Shown here in pieces: positions 38,442 to 51,550 of a stretch of DNA of 64,000 nt (its first letter is position 1; each line of letters starts with the position of its first letter). The notes beneath the pieces are model-generated. The model had not been told where the DNA came from and searched no databases. It saw nothing but the letters and a program-made list of their open reading frames with translations. The translations under genes were made by a program, and so were the position numbers. Origin of the DNA: Octopus sinensis (Eukaryota); assembly GCF_006345805.1 (NCBI RefSeq), contig NC_043006.1, forward strand, positions 46,066,001 to 46,130,000. Direction: 5' to 3'.

Positions 38442-39456
38442 CTAGCAGGACTCGGGAATACTTCACGGAATTACTCTTTTTACTCTTTTACTTGTTTCAG
38501 TTATTTGACCACGGCCATGCTGGAGCACCGCCTTTAGTCGAGCAAATCGACTCCAGGACTTATTCTTTGTAAGCCTAGTACTTATTCTATCGATTTCTTT
38601 TTGCTGGACCGCTAAGTTACGGGGACGTAAACACACTAGCATTGGTTGTCAAGCGACGTTGGGGGTGGGGTGGGGGAAACACAGACACACAAACATATAC
38701 ACACACATACATATATACGACGGGCTTCTTTCAGTTTCTGTCTACCAATTCCATTCACAAGGCTTTGGTTGGCCCGAGGCTATAATAGAAGACACTTACC
38801 CAAGGTACAACGCAGTGGGACTGAACCCGGAACCATGTGGTTGGTAAGCAAGCTACTTGCCACACAGCCACTCCTACGTCTATTTAATGGTAGACCTATC
38901 CAAAAAACCTGAAAGAGTAGCTTGTGTTGTGTTTTATGAAACGATAGTCATTCATCTACTAATCATTGAAAAATGAAAGAAATTGGAATACGATGATTAT
39001 TTAACGCAATTTAGATATACCCTTTATATATATAATGCGCAATTTTATAGACTTAATACACATCACTCTCCCTCTTTCTGCATCGCTCTTCGCCTTATCC
39101 TCTTTTTCTCTCTTCTTTTTCTTTCGCTCTTCGCTTTTCCTTTCAGCTAATCACATGAAAGCGTTACAGACGGGCTAAGTAACGGAGAGCAAAAGACTTT
39201 GTTAAAAGAAAAAAATTACACATTATACTCACCACTACCTCTCCTCCACCCCTTCCCTCCCCTATATTCTCCCTTCCTATCTCTCTCCTCTTCCCCTCTC
39301 CTCTTCAGACCCCACATCTTCAAGCCCCTCTCCCCTCCCCTCTCCATCCTCCCACACCTCTCTCATCCCTCCATCATGTCCCTCACTCTCAACTAATCAC
39401 GCGGAAGCGATACGGATGGGCTAAGTAACGGAGAAGCAAGCAGAATTATTATAAGA
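38442..39456 (-). mobile_element. Non-autonomous Helitron carrying a SINE-B insertion
   Basis: Minus strand A|TCTTATAATAA 5' end, CCGTGAAGTATTCCCG hairpin, CTAG|T 3' end; internal ~46-bp direct repeat at 39146 and 39393. Confidence 0.75.
38472..38882 (-). mobile_element. SINE-B full-length
   Basis: Complete match. Confidence 0.92.
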
Positions 39457-39701
39457 TGCTTCTGTGTTCTGCTTAATTCGATGGCAATCGAAATATTCAT
39501 CAGAAGGAAACTAGTTCGAATGTTAATAGAATTGGAATTTTATTCTCCCTGTGCGGCTCGGTACTTCTCTGTGGCCCGTTGGTTGGAAGACGTCTCCTTT
39601 AAATGATTTGCAGTATGGAAGCAGATCGAAGTCATAATACATAACTTTATCATTGTGTATCAAGTTCTATTGTTACGCATTCAAAACAACTTAAGTAAGT
39701 A

Positions 39702-40090
39702 TAGGCGCAGGAGTAGCTTTGTGGTAAGTAGCTTTCTTACCAACCACATAGTACCAGGTTCAGTCCCACTGCGTGACACCTTGGGCAAGTGTCTTGTACT
39801 ATAGCCTCGGACCGACCAAAACCTTTTGAGTGGATTTGGTAGACGGAAACTGAAAGAAGCCCTCGTATATATGTATATATATGTGTGTGTGTTTGTTACC
39901 TTAAAATCGCTTGACAACCGATGATGGTGTGTTTGCGTCCCCGTAACTAAGCGGTTCGGCAAATGAGACAGATAGAATAAGTACTACGTTTCCAAAGAAT
40001 AAGTCCTGGGGTCGATTTGCCCTACTAAAGGCGGTGCTCCAGCATGGCCACAGTCAAATGACTGAAACAAGTAAAAAGAGTAAAAAGAAG
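39702..40090 (+). mobile_element. SINE-B full-length
   Basis: Complete match. Confidence 0.92.
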
Positions 40091-40918
40091 GAAACCGAAG
40101 ATATAATCGAAATCTTGAACGAAACATCTTTAACGAAACAAATCAATTCTTTGTTCCACTGTTAAAATCATTATCTATGGAAAGAAATCTATGACACATT
40201 CGAGATCTTTAACCTAACGAATTAAATTCTATTGTTACGCTGTCAAAACCCTTAAGAATGGAAGGGAAACTGAAACAATGTCATGACGATCTATAAATTT
40301 AAGCATCAAAATCAAAATAAAACATTTATAAAAACGTAAAATTACCACAGGCTTCGCTACTTATTGTTATTATTCGTAGCAGTAGAAGTTAAAGATAATA
40401 GCAGTAGTAGTAACAATAGTTACGCGTTTAAAGCTATCGGAGGCAAAAAAATAATCTACCATATTTATCCGAAGCAATCGCTGAAAGATGATTTGCATAA
40501 AATTTGCATATATGAACAGTTTTATATCAAATGAATCATCTCTGCGATATATATATTTCAGCGTTCTTGAAAATTATACGCAATCATTTCCTTCCCAGCA
40601 TGCGTCAAAGTATGACATCATAGCGATCGTCTGCGTCCAGCGGATATATTGTGTAAGTGTGTGTGTGTGAATTTCCTAACGTTAATATACGTTTAACTGT
40701 GTAGGATTCTGCACATGTGTTCTGTTCTTACTACGCATGATGTTTGTTGTAATCCGAGTGCGTTTTCTTTTTACCCATTTTCCGTGCGTCTGAATGTGTG
40801 CTTATTTGCATGATTAAGTAGGATGCCTTTCAGTTTTATATTTAAGAGATGAGGAATTATGTACCTTATTTACATTATTGACATTCGACGGATATTTGTC
40901 CTCAACTTGTTTTTTGTT

Positions 40919-40964
40919 AGCACAACGTTTCGGCTGATATACCCTCCAGCCTTCTTCGGGTGTC
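40919..40964 (-). ncRNA. Minimal type I hammerhead ribozyme (U4>C variant)
   Basis: GACAC-CCGAAGA-A-GGCTG(n)CAGCC-GAAA-CGTT-GTGCT; palindromic ACGT stem III as in PLE dimeric hammerheads. Confidence 0.7.
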
Positions 40965-41041
40965 TTGGGGAAATTTCGAACCTGGGTTCTCATTTCTAAG
41001 GTAATTTTCGATGTCATTATTATTATTATTATTATTGTTCA

Positions 41042-41113
41042 GGTAACTGCTTGGAATCGAACTCGGAATCTTGGGGTTAGTAGCCCGCGCTCTTAACCAT
41101 TACGCCATATGCT
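41042..41113 (-). other. tRNA-like (A-box/B-box) module inside the Penelope 3' region
   Basis: TGGCGTAATGGTTAAGAGCGCGGG-CTACTAA-CCC..GAGTTCGATTCC; poor acceptor stem, so not called a functional tRNA. Confidence 0.7.
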
Positions 41114-41436
41114 CGTGGGGATGTATGGAGTGAAATTTAGGGCTTATAAATCTAATATTTTTCTATCCTTCCTTAATACTAATTCCCATAAGCTGCTCAT
41201 ATCTGCATTTGGTCTGCTTAAGAAGTTGTGTCCTAGCATGTCTTCTGTTTCTTTTAGTTTTTGTATTTTGTCTATTATTTTAAATTCATCCCAAAGGGGG
41301 AGGTGGTCTCCATTTTTCCATACATGATCAGCTATACCCGATTTATCAATATCTCCTCGTGTCACAGCTTTGCGATGTTCGTCTACCCTTATTTTATACC
41401 TTAGGAATGAGAATCCAGGTTCGAAATTTCCCCCAA

Positions 41437-41482
41437 GACACCTGATGAAGGCTGAAGGGTATTTCAGCCGAAATGTTGTGTT
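41437..41482 (+). ncRNA. Minimal type I hammerhead ribozyme (inverted pLTR copy)
   Basis: GACAC-CTGATGA-A-GGCTGAAG(GGTA)TTTCAGCC-GAAA-TGTT-GTGTT; CpG decay in stem III. Confidence 0.75.
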
Positions 41483-41949
41483 TAACAACAAATAAGATGA
41501 GGACAAATATCCGTCGAATTTAAATAATGTAAATAATGTAAATAATGTAAATAATGTAGGATGCCTTTGTATATAAATGTAAATATGTATAAGCTTGTTT
41601 TACACACACATACACACATATCACATTTATATAGAAATATCTTTGTATATATACATAGACGTATGTACATGCGATTTTACTTATTATTTAGCTAACCTGA
41701 GTAAGCGAAATAGTTCTCAGAAATTTGGAAGCCTTTCCAAGTTGGTAAGATTGATCCGGTGTAGTAAGTTGGAAAAGCGGACATCAGACGGAGAACTGCA
41801 ATTTCGGAGTAAGTTACAGTGGATTATATATTGTGCCTGTAAGCGGTTTAGTGGATGAGATACAAAAATGGAGAATGACTAAAAATGTCGCAATTATATT
41901 GGAAGTTAACAGGGTAGTGGGACACAGCTTGCTTAATAATAGTGGTAGT

Positions 41950-42335
41950 GGAAGCACTCCGTCGGTTACGACGACGAGGGTTCCGGTTGATCCGAATCAA
42001 CGGAACAGCCTGCTCGTGAAATTAACGTGTAAGTGGCTGAGCACTCCACAGACACGTGTACCCTTAACGTAGTTCTCGGGGATATTCAGCGTGACACAGA
42101 GAGTGATAAGGCCGGCTCTTTGAAATACAGGTACAACAGAAACAGGAAGTAAGAGTGAGAGAAAGTTGTGGTGAAAGAGTACAGCAGGTATCACCACCAT
42201 CCCCTGCCGGAGCGTCGTGGAACTTTTAGGTGTTTTCGCTCAATAAACACTCACAACGCCCGGTCTGGGAATCGAAACCGCGATCCTATGACCGCGAGTC
42301 CGCTGCCCAAACCACTGGGCCATTGCGCCTCCACT
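41950..42335 (-). mobile_element. SINE-C full-length, short-tail variant
   Basis: Intact tRNA head; TSD ATAGTGGTAGT at 41939-41949 and 42336-42346. Confidence 0.92.
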
Positions 42336-42811
42336 ATAGTGGTAGTAGAAAGTGGAAGAAGAAACAATATGTTTCTGAGAAGTTTCTGTGTTTTGTGACT
42401 TGAAGATAAAATCTGGCCTTTGGTTGCACATTTGGTAATATCAAATGTGTGAGTTCACCATTAGAGGATCGTCTGATATAGTGTGGTTTAGATTTTGTAA
42501 AGAGTGTGAAGGTTCTAGTTGTGTGTTGTCCATGCTTCAAATACTGATTCCATGTTATGTGCCGCCATTATGTCTGCTGTGGGAAGCATTTAGATTGTCA
42601 TTTCACCATTAGTGAATGTTGCTGTTCATTGGAACAGTGCAAAAGTCTGAAGTCTATGTGATGTCTTGACTGTATGGGAAGAAAACTGTATGCAAAAATT
42701 TAAGGAGTTTTGAAAATTTGAAAATGCATCAGATTTTATATACTTATATATTTTTGTATAATTAAAATCAATTTTAACTTTTTGATATAGGGAAAAAATT
42801 GTTTTATTCTA

Positions 42812-43027
42812 TACTCTTTTTACTCTTTTACTTGTTTCAGTCATTTTGACTGCGGCCATGCTGGAGCACCGCCTTTAATCGAGCAACTCGACCCCGGGAC
42901 TTATTCTTTGTAAGCCCAGTACTTATTCTATCGGTCTCTTTTGCCGAACCGCTAAGTTACGGGGACATAAACACACCAGCATCGGTTGCCAAGCGATGTT
43001 GGGGGGACAAACACAGATATACAAACT

Positions 43028-43059
<32 letters not shown>

Positions 43060-43233
43060 CATATATACGACGGGCTTCTTTCAGTTTCCATCTACCAAAT
43101 CCACTCACAAGGCTTTGATCGGCCCGAGGCTATAGTAGAAGACACTTGCCCAAGGTGCCACGCAGTGGGACTGAACCCGGAACCATGTGGTTGGTAAACA
43201 AGCTACTTATCACACAGCCACATCCTGCGCCTA
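42812..43233 (-). mobile_element. SINE-B full-length
   Basis: Complete match; TSD about TATTCTAT. Confidence 0.92.
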
Positions 43234-43627
43234 TTCTATGTATTTATATGTATGAAAATGAAAATATAAAAATACGTTTTCACAGAAAAAATGTTTTCGT
43301 ATTATAGTTTAACTGAAAACATATTGGTGTGCGTATTCGCTAGGCAAGTTTGACATATATAACATAAATGAGAAAGAAAGAAGGAAAGAAAGGGATTACG
43401 TGTTACTTCGAGTCTTTTGCACAGGGAAAACATTTTAATGTATGCATTTCTGAGTGTTTTGGTGCTAAGAGAAATTTTATAGTAGAAGAAAAATTCTTAT
43501 TAAACTTATCAGGTATCGCTACCACTTTACGCTGATATTCAGCTTTTTACCGAAGATACGAGAAATGTTTCCACATTTATTATACAATAAGTAAAGGTGT
43601 GTGTGGCTGGAGATAAAAAGTAGCATA

Positions 43628-43986
43628 TCTCTTATATAAAATCCGTTCTGTCTGTCTGTCTGTCTGTGTCTTCTAGGATCTTGGGCATCCTCCATCCGAT
43701 TGATATGTAGATGCCGACGGTATCAGGGCATGTATAAGTTGAAAAAATTACAAAAAATCGATTCCAGGTGGGAATGCGATCGATAAAGCCGTAGGAAATC
43801 GTTTTTCTTTGGAATAGGAAAAAAATCTATCTTCATTTCTTCTTTTGCTGGTGTCTCAAATTTAGGTTAAATCAGTGTTTCTCAAAGGGAAGGTCTATGG
43901 GACGGTCGGACAAGTTGTTTTGAGAAAATTTGGTTTAAATGTTTGACAACTCAGCACCGTCCATTGGACGGGGTGCGTTTTGCTCG
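43628..43986 (+). mobile_element. Non-autonomous Helitron
   Basis: A|TCTCTTATATAAAA, (CTGT)n, 3' hairpin CCGTCCATTGGACGG, CTCG|T end. Confidence 0.7.
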
Positions 43987-44009
43987 TTGTTAATATTTAG
44001 GGTAAGAGT

Positions 44010-44230
44010 AGAGCAGCGAACTGGTGGAATTGTTACCGCGCCGGACAAGATGCTTAGCGACATTTCCTCTGTCCCTATGTTCTGAGTTCAAATTCCACCG
44101 AAGTTGACTACACTTTACCTTAGATCCTTTCGGGGTCGATAAAATAAGTAGCAGCTGAGCACTGGGGTCGATATAATCGATTTACCCTCTTCTCCGAAAT
44201 TGCAGGCCTTGTGCCAAATTTTGAAATCCG
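44010..44230 (+). mobile_element. Old SINE-A (A3 tail)
   Basis: Family match. Confidence 0.8.
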
Positions 44231-44393
44231 TATGTAGAGTAAGAGTGTTAGGCAGTTGTAGACCAGAGACAATTCTATCAATTGAATCTGGGATTGAATT
44301 TCCATCCTGGAATTTTCCGATTCAAGTTATGAGAAGGATGGAACTTATAAGCGGCTATTTAAACTATTTTTGACGTTTTGCTTAACTATACCT

Positions 44394-44830
44394 TAGGCAT
44401 ATGAGTGGCTGTGTGGTAAGTAGCTTGCTTAAGAACCACATGGTTTCGGCTTCAGTCCCACTGCGTGACACCTTGGGCAAGTGTCTTCTACTATAGCCTC
44501 GGGCCGACCAAAGCTTTGTGAGTGGATTTGGTAGACGGAAACTGAAAGAAACCCGTCGTATATATGTATATATATATATGTGTGTGTGTGTGTATGTGTG
44601 CGTGCGTGCGTGTGTGTGTGTGTGTTTGTGTTTGTCACCCCAACATCGCTTGACAACCGATGCTGGTGTGTTTACGTCCCCGTAACTTAGCGGTTCGGCA
44701 AAAGACACCGATAGAATAAGTACTAGGCTTACAAAGAATAAGTCCTGGGGTTGATTTGCTCGACTAAAGGCTGTGCTCCAGCATGGCGACGGTCAAATGA
44801 CTGAAACAAGTAAATGAGTAAAAAGAGTAT
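44394..44830 (+). mobile_element. SINE-B full-length
   Basis: Complete match. Confidence 0.92.
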
Positions 44831-45978
44831 AACATTTGACCCTTCTCTTAAGTGGTGTTACTGTGGGACGATCACAAAAGCTAAAATTCATTATGCTAAA
44901 GAAAGAGCTTGAAACTGATTATTTCAGAGAAATGTGAGGTAACGCAGATGTTCTCAATGTTGGACGAGACGTATTTGAACACATGATGGTGGTTACGGTG
45001 ATGGAAGATGCAGAAGATTTTGAAATAATGGAAATAGATACTCTAAGTCTGAGCAACGGGAAGGCTTTGTTGCTAATGTTCAGATATAGTTGGATTCTAT
45101 ACAAATAGAGATATAAACTCTCAAGAAGTCCTTGTCATATAATATATAGGCTCTTAAGCAGAGATGTATAGTTGTGAATGTCTGGGAAATTCTGCATCTT
45201 TGTGTCTGTCCGAGACAGTACATTTCATAATTGAATGTTCTTAACGGTGTATATATATATTCTTATTTTGGTTATAAATATATCAACTCCAAATACTCAT
45301 TCACGCACATACACAAAAAACACTTAGACAGTAGGGATATAAGAAATACCAAGAAAAAAATCAAGCAATAACGGAAATATAAGGTAAATTGAATTATATG
45401 AATAAGTAATCAATACAACATTGTGAAATTGCACATGATCTGACTACAGGCAGCATTTCTCTATTTTAAATCCACATTTCCTACTAACTTTCAAGCTTGT
45501 TTTGCTCGCTATTCTGTCATGTCTTCTTAAATATTCCTATTGCGCCATCTTGTTCCATTAAACAATTACATGATTGACACAAGCGTCTGTTCTCTCGTAT
45601 ATTCCACACTTACCATATTACTGTCTTTTGTCTATTTGTGCTTTAATAAAGGTGACAGACGACATACATCCAGGAGTTATGAGCCGGATGTGGCATGGAT
45701 CCCTTCGAGTGCAAGGAATTAAAAACTGAAAGACTTGCTGAAGATACAGGTGACTTACGATCCTGGAAAGAATGGCAAATACATCGGTGTTATGAGTAAA
45801 TCACTAATAGGATTCCCATGTGCCTGTGAAGAGGGAACCTCTCTCACGTATGAATATCCCTAAAGCATGAATATCTTCAAGACGATAAAGGATCACAGAA
45901 AACACTAGTGAATGAGAAGAGGCTCACTGCGCTCGCAGGTACAACGTCAAGGCACCGAAGTTAGGAGTAAAACGTTAT

Positions 45979-46210
45979 TTATTTCTTTATTGCCCACAAG
46001 GGGCTAAACATAGATGGGACAAACAAGGACAGACAAAGGTATTAAGTCGATTACATCGACCCCAGTGCGTAACCGGTACTTATTTAATCGACCCTGAAAG
46101 GATGAAAGGCAAAGTCGACCTCTGCCGAATTTGAACTCAGAACGTAACGGCAGACGAAATACAGCTAAGCATTTCGCCCGGCGTGCTAACGTTTCTGCCA
46201 GCTTGCCGCC
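45979..46210 (-). mobile_element. SINE-A1 monomer
   Basis: Complete match; TSD about AAACGTTA. Confidence 0.92.
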
Positions 46211-46544
46211 TAAACGTTAGTGTCAAAGACATCCAGATTGAGAAGAAGTGACACAGGCTCTGAGCTCGGGAGCCGTGATACACGAAGGCACAAGAAAGAG
46301 AAACCCAGAAGTCAAGACCTGTATGCGACCCAGTGACCTTAACGTGCAAGGAGATAAGAATCAAAACACCGACATGAGGAAGGCATCTTCTCTGAAAACC
46401 TACTGTCTTACTTTCTCCAGAACTTTTTCTTTTCTGCTTCTGTTTGAACCGCTGGATCTAGCGAAATCATAAAACGGATTTATATATAACTCTTTAATCA
46501 TTCATCTTTCAGATAACTCCAACTCCATTACATTCTTGTGAGGA

Positions 46545-47125
46545 ACAACCTATTCGACACCATTTTCTTTCCAAGTTTTCTGTCTTTCTTTCAGCTGTTT
46601 CTAGCCTTTTGGCATGTAATCATTCTCAATTTCCAATATACTTGCCATTGATCTTCTTCACAGCCATTATTGCCATCTCTTTATTTTTCCTTAAATATAT
46701 TTCCAGTCCTATAATTATCGTGTGCGCATCACCGGTTGTACTGACTTGCTTCCATCATTTTTAAGAGTTTACATAAAAAACAAAGAACAAATTTTGCTTC
46801 ACGGATTCTCGATTATTCCTTCTGAGGTTTTCCCACATCACATCTTTGCTCTATCTAATCCATACTTGCCACACAGCTCCCAAAGAATCATTCTAGCGAC
46901 AACATCGTGTCTTTTTTTTTTTTTTTGGTATTCTTTTTGGGTTAGCTTCCTGCACCCTTTCACAAAACGCCACACATAACTGTACACAACGCACTTGTCA
47001 CGTTCTACAGTATTGTCAACCATATATTTAAAGTAATTGTTTCCTAAGCGCTTGTTCTTACATATGAACGCTTCTGTCTCTGGCATCGAATCACTCTTCC
47101 TTAAAATGATTATTAGTACGCTGGA
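46545..47125 (-). mobile_element. Fourth R4/Dong-like RLE LINE fragment
   Basis: ETEAFI..GCRKLTQKEY..RHDVVARMILWELCGKYGL. Confidence 0.75.
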
Positions 47126-47335
47126 CAAAATGTTTCGAGGTATCTCACTCTTTTTTACGTTCTGAGTTCAAGCTCCGCCGAGGTCGGCTTCGACTTTCAT
47201 TCTTCTTGCATCGAGGAAATAAGTACGAGCCGAAGACTAGAATCGACGCAATCGACTAGTCCCCCCCCACCACCACCACCACCGTTTGTTAAAATATACA
47301 GAAGTTCTATACACGAAGAGAAAGCATTGTTCATA

Positions 47336-47369
<34 letters not shown>

Positions 47370-48174
47370 CATACATATATACATACATACATGCATATAT
47401 ACGAAAACACTCTGTTGTTGATGTTGAAATTTCAATGAAGTAGCCTTGAATCTAGGATACATACATATACTTAATATATGTATGTATATATATATAAATA
47501 TATATATATATATACACATCAAAACACACACACACACACGCATACAGGTGTGCGCATACTTACATATATTTATGTATGTAGGTAGGTAAATGTATGAACA
47601 CGCATATATGTGTATGTATATTATATCTATGTATTTATATGTATATGTACACACACACACACACGCATACGCGTGCACACTCACACACACACACACACAT
47701 ACACTCACACACACGCATTACAAAATACGCTAAGGGAAATAACTGGGAAAGTGATAATTGCATGAATTGAATTCACTCCAGTCAGCACCTTCCTGATTTT
47801 CGAAATTCATATCAATGTCCCTCATGAGAGTTATGTCCCTTCTTTTATTTATTCTTCTGACTATGGAAATTACTAACCGTCACAGTTATCCATAATTACT
47901 TGCTGTGCCAGCAATTCTTTGTCTCTTGTAATAAACACCTCACTTCACTGAGAATCTTAAAAAAACTACTGATAATTATTTTCATTTTATCTACTTTGAA
48001 ATAATAATCAATTTTCAGTAGTTTTAAAACTTTTACGTACATCAATAGGTCCACTACCAATATAAAGCATATTGCTCAGTGGTTAGAGGGTTCGTTTCAC
48101 AATCATGAGGTAGTGTGATCAATTCCCGCAATGGGCTGTGTGTTGTGCTCTTGAACAATACGCTTCATTTTATT

Positions 48175-48778
48175 TAGCACGCCGGACAAAATGTTTCGTG
48201 GTATTTCGTCTGTCTTTACGTTCTGAGATCAAATTCCGCCGAGAGGTTGGCTTTGCCTTTCATAAATTCGGGGTCGATAAATTAAGTACCAGTTGTGTGC
48301 TGGGGTTGATCTAATCGGCTGGCCACCTCTCCCAAAATTTCGGGCCTTCTGTGTAGAGTAGAAAAAAATATATAGTGGTTGTCGGAAGGTCGGCTGGCAG
48401 AAACGTTAGCACGCCGGACGAAATGCTTAGCGGTATTTCGTGTCTTTACGCTCATGGTTCAAATTCCGCCGAGGTCGACTTTACCTTTCATTCTTTCGGG
48501 GGTCGATAAATTAAGTACCATTGGGGTTGATCTAATTGATTGGCTCCCTCCCCCCAAATTTCGGGCCTTATACCTAGAGTAGAAAAGAATATACAGTTAT
48601 AGTAGGGCGGCGAGCTGGCAGAAACGTCAACACACCGGGCGAAATGCTTAGCAGTATTTTGTCGACTTTGCCTTTCATCCTTTTGGGGTCGATAAAATAA
48701 GTACCAATGGGGGGTCGATCTAATCGAGTGGGCCACTCACCCAAAATTTCGGGTCTTGTGACTAGAGTAGAAAAGAAT
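48175..48778 (+). mobile_element. Three tandem SINE-A (A2 tail) copies
   Basis: Each ends AGAGTAGAAAA(G)AAT. Confidence 0.88.
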
Positions 48779-48866
48779 ACGTCCACTACTACAAGTCTCA
48801 CTTGTCTAAATGTATGACATTACTCACTTGAGGTATTTCACCGAGCTATTTTTATGGATAGCTATT

Positions 48867-49112
48867 CAGTTCTATATTTAAGAGATGAGGAATCATGTAC
48901 ATTACTTACATCATTTACATTTGACGGATATTTGTCCTAATCGAAATTTCGAACCTGGGTTCTCATTGTTAAGTTATTTTTCGATGTTGTTATTATTATT
49001 ATTATTATTATGAAAGTCACTGCCTGGAATCGAAATCGGAATCTTCGGGTTAGGAGCCCGCGCTCTTGATCACCACTCCATATGCCCGTGGGCAATTGTG
49101 GAGTGAATTTAT
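48867..49112 (-). mobile_element. Second Penelope 3' repeat copy: tRNA-like module kept, hammerhead deleted
   Basis: Aligns to 40831-41138 with an ~65-bp gap over the ribozyme. Confidence 0.85.
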
Positions 49113-49256
49113 GAAAGGTTATGAGAAGTAACGGTGTCAATAAGACCCAAAGGTGTAAGGTAATGCTGAGTAAATGCTATGGATAGACCATATTTAAGCT
49201 CCAGGTTCGGTGATTATGCGAATAAGGCGTCTAAACGCAGGTCATATATCATATAT

Positions 49257-49439
49257 TTTTTCAGAATGAGATAAAAAAACCCAAAGGGTATGAAGATTTT
49301 AAAACATTTATAGATATATATATGTCTTACAGCTGTTTCCAAGATGAAGGGATATAATAAATATCCTGGAAACAGCTGTAAGGCCTTCGAATATTCAAAA
49401 ATCTCTACAGCCTTGGGTTTTTTATCCCGCTCTGAAAAG

Positions 49440-49440
<1 letters not shown>
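49257..49440. mobile_element. Palindromic Penelope-type inverted pLTR remnant of a different family with a partial hammerhead
   Basis: Imperfect hairpin; GATGA-A-GGGATAT(AATAA)ATATCCT-G-GAAACAGCTGTA. Confidence 0.6.
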
Positions 49441-49513
<73 letters not shown>

Positions 49514-50106
49514 ATGTATATATATTAATACACATGTATTAATTTATTCTTTTGTTTCAAACCTAAGGCTGATATATGTGTGTGTGTATACATATGTATA
49601 CATATATGTATATATTGTAAATATATGTGTGTATATATATAGAGATAGAGATAGAGATAGTGTGTGTATTTGCATGATAAATAAATATATGTATAGGAAT
49701 GCATACATATACAAATAAATAAATACATAAATACATACATACGTATATATACATGTGTGTGAGTTTGTGTACGTACTTAAACACGAATATACACGAATAC
49801 AAATAATTTCTTTCTAAAAGAAACAATAAGAAACTCGTAAAATTAATCAAGTTATATATAGAAAAGGCGATACTTAGGGAATAAAATAGCAAAAGGAGAA
49901 TCTTCGGGGCGAAATGCCAACATTTCAAGTTTATTGGTGTTACAAAAGGAATTACTGCAAAGGTTTACTATCGTTTAGTAAAAACGCAGTCACATGACAT
50001 ACACATACGCTCGGAGGCTCACTGATAAACGCATTGGAAAATCGATATAATTTAATAGAGAAATATATACATGTATATATGTATATATGTAATATGTATA
50101 TATGTG

Positions 50107-50184
<78 letters not shown>

Positions 50185-50233
50185 CTAACAAACATACACA
50201 TATATATATACATAAATACACAAGCACACACAT

Positions 50234-50297
<64 letters not shown>

Positions 50298-50492
50298 TAT
50301 ATACAAGTATATATGCATATATATATATGTATATCTATATATATATATTACATATACGCTATCTATCTATATATAACATATACATTTATCTATCTATCTC
50401 TCTCTCTCTCTCTCTCTATAATATATAATATATAATATATATTATATATATATATATATCACCTCTCTCTCTCTCTCTTTCTGTATATATAT

Positions 50493-50539
<47 letters not shown>

Positions 50540-51550
50540 CGCGTGTAGGAGTATTGTGTAGATAGGTTTATTTTTGAATACCTACGTATTTATCTGTCTA
50601 TATATATTTTTTATCTATGTATATATATGCATACCCATAAGTAGCCTTATCTATCTATTAATCAATGTATTTATCAACCTATCTATTTATCTATTTACCT
50701 ACACACACACACACACACGCACACACACACACCATACATACACACCACACACACACACACGCGCACACACACACGTACACACACATCGTAATTTGTGTGC
50801 GATTGGACAGTGTTTTTTATTTCTTTTTTACTTGTCTGATAATGTAATATTAAGGAAGAACAATAGGACCATAAGACAGAGATTTATTACAACCACTACG
50901 AATTCAAATGATTTATATAGGTTCTTAATCAAAATAATTGCATAAAATATGTTACCAGTATAAAAGCTTATATTAGAGACATGTTAAGTGCCTCACTTCA
51001 GTTTGGTAATTGATTATATGGTTAACACACACACACACACGCATACACACACACACACGCGCTTGCACACATACACACAACATATATATGTATATATATG
51101 TGTTCTATATATATATATGTATAGTATGTATATATTGTTGTGCATATATATATGTAGCGATATATAAATATATATATATATATATATAATATATATATAT
51201 TATATATATATATATGTATATACATACATATATGTGTGTAGTCATGTATTTTTATACATAAGTATATATATATAATATAATATAATATATATATATATAT
51301 ATCTATATACATACGTATATATATATATATAGTATACATATACATAGATCGATATATATATATATATAAGTATATGTAATATGGTATTATCTATATATTA
51401 TATGTGTGTGGTGCTATCTATATGAATGCACATATATATATATCCATGCATACATACATACATATATATATATGTATGTATATATATACACATATGTGTG
51501 TATGCATTTATTTTTTATACAAGTATATTTGATGTATATTTTATGTATGA

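Larger units (their letters stand above)
40831..41555 (-). mobile_element. Penelope-like element: 5'-truncated, with inverted pseudo-LTR and 13-bp TSD
   Basis: GIY-YIG C-terminus KIRVDEHRKAVTRGDIDKSGIADHVW..WDEFKIIDK; 41399-41555 is inverted relative to 40865-41002; TSD GTAGGATGCCTTT at 40818-40830 and 41556-41568. Confidence 0.9.

Noticed and set aside
41042-41113. Functional tRNA gene (anticodon ACT)
   Set aside because: No proper acceptor stem, anticodon differs in the second copy (CCT), and it is embedded in a retroelement
11784-44830. Assigning SINE-A/B/C to the published octopus OK/OR1/OR2 names
   Set aside because: Overlap is likely, but I cannot verify which is which without a Repbase/SINEBase comparison
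45640-46480. Possible RTE 5' UTR/APE start (YNVKAP-like)
   Set aside because: A single weak motif; too decayed to call
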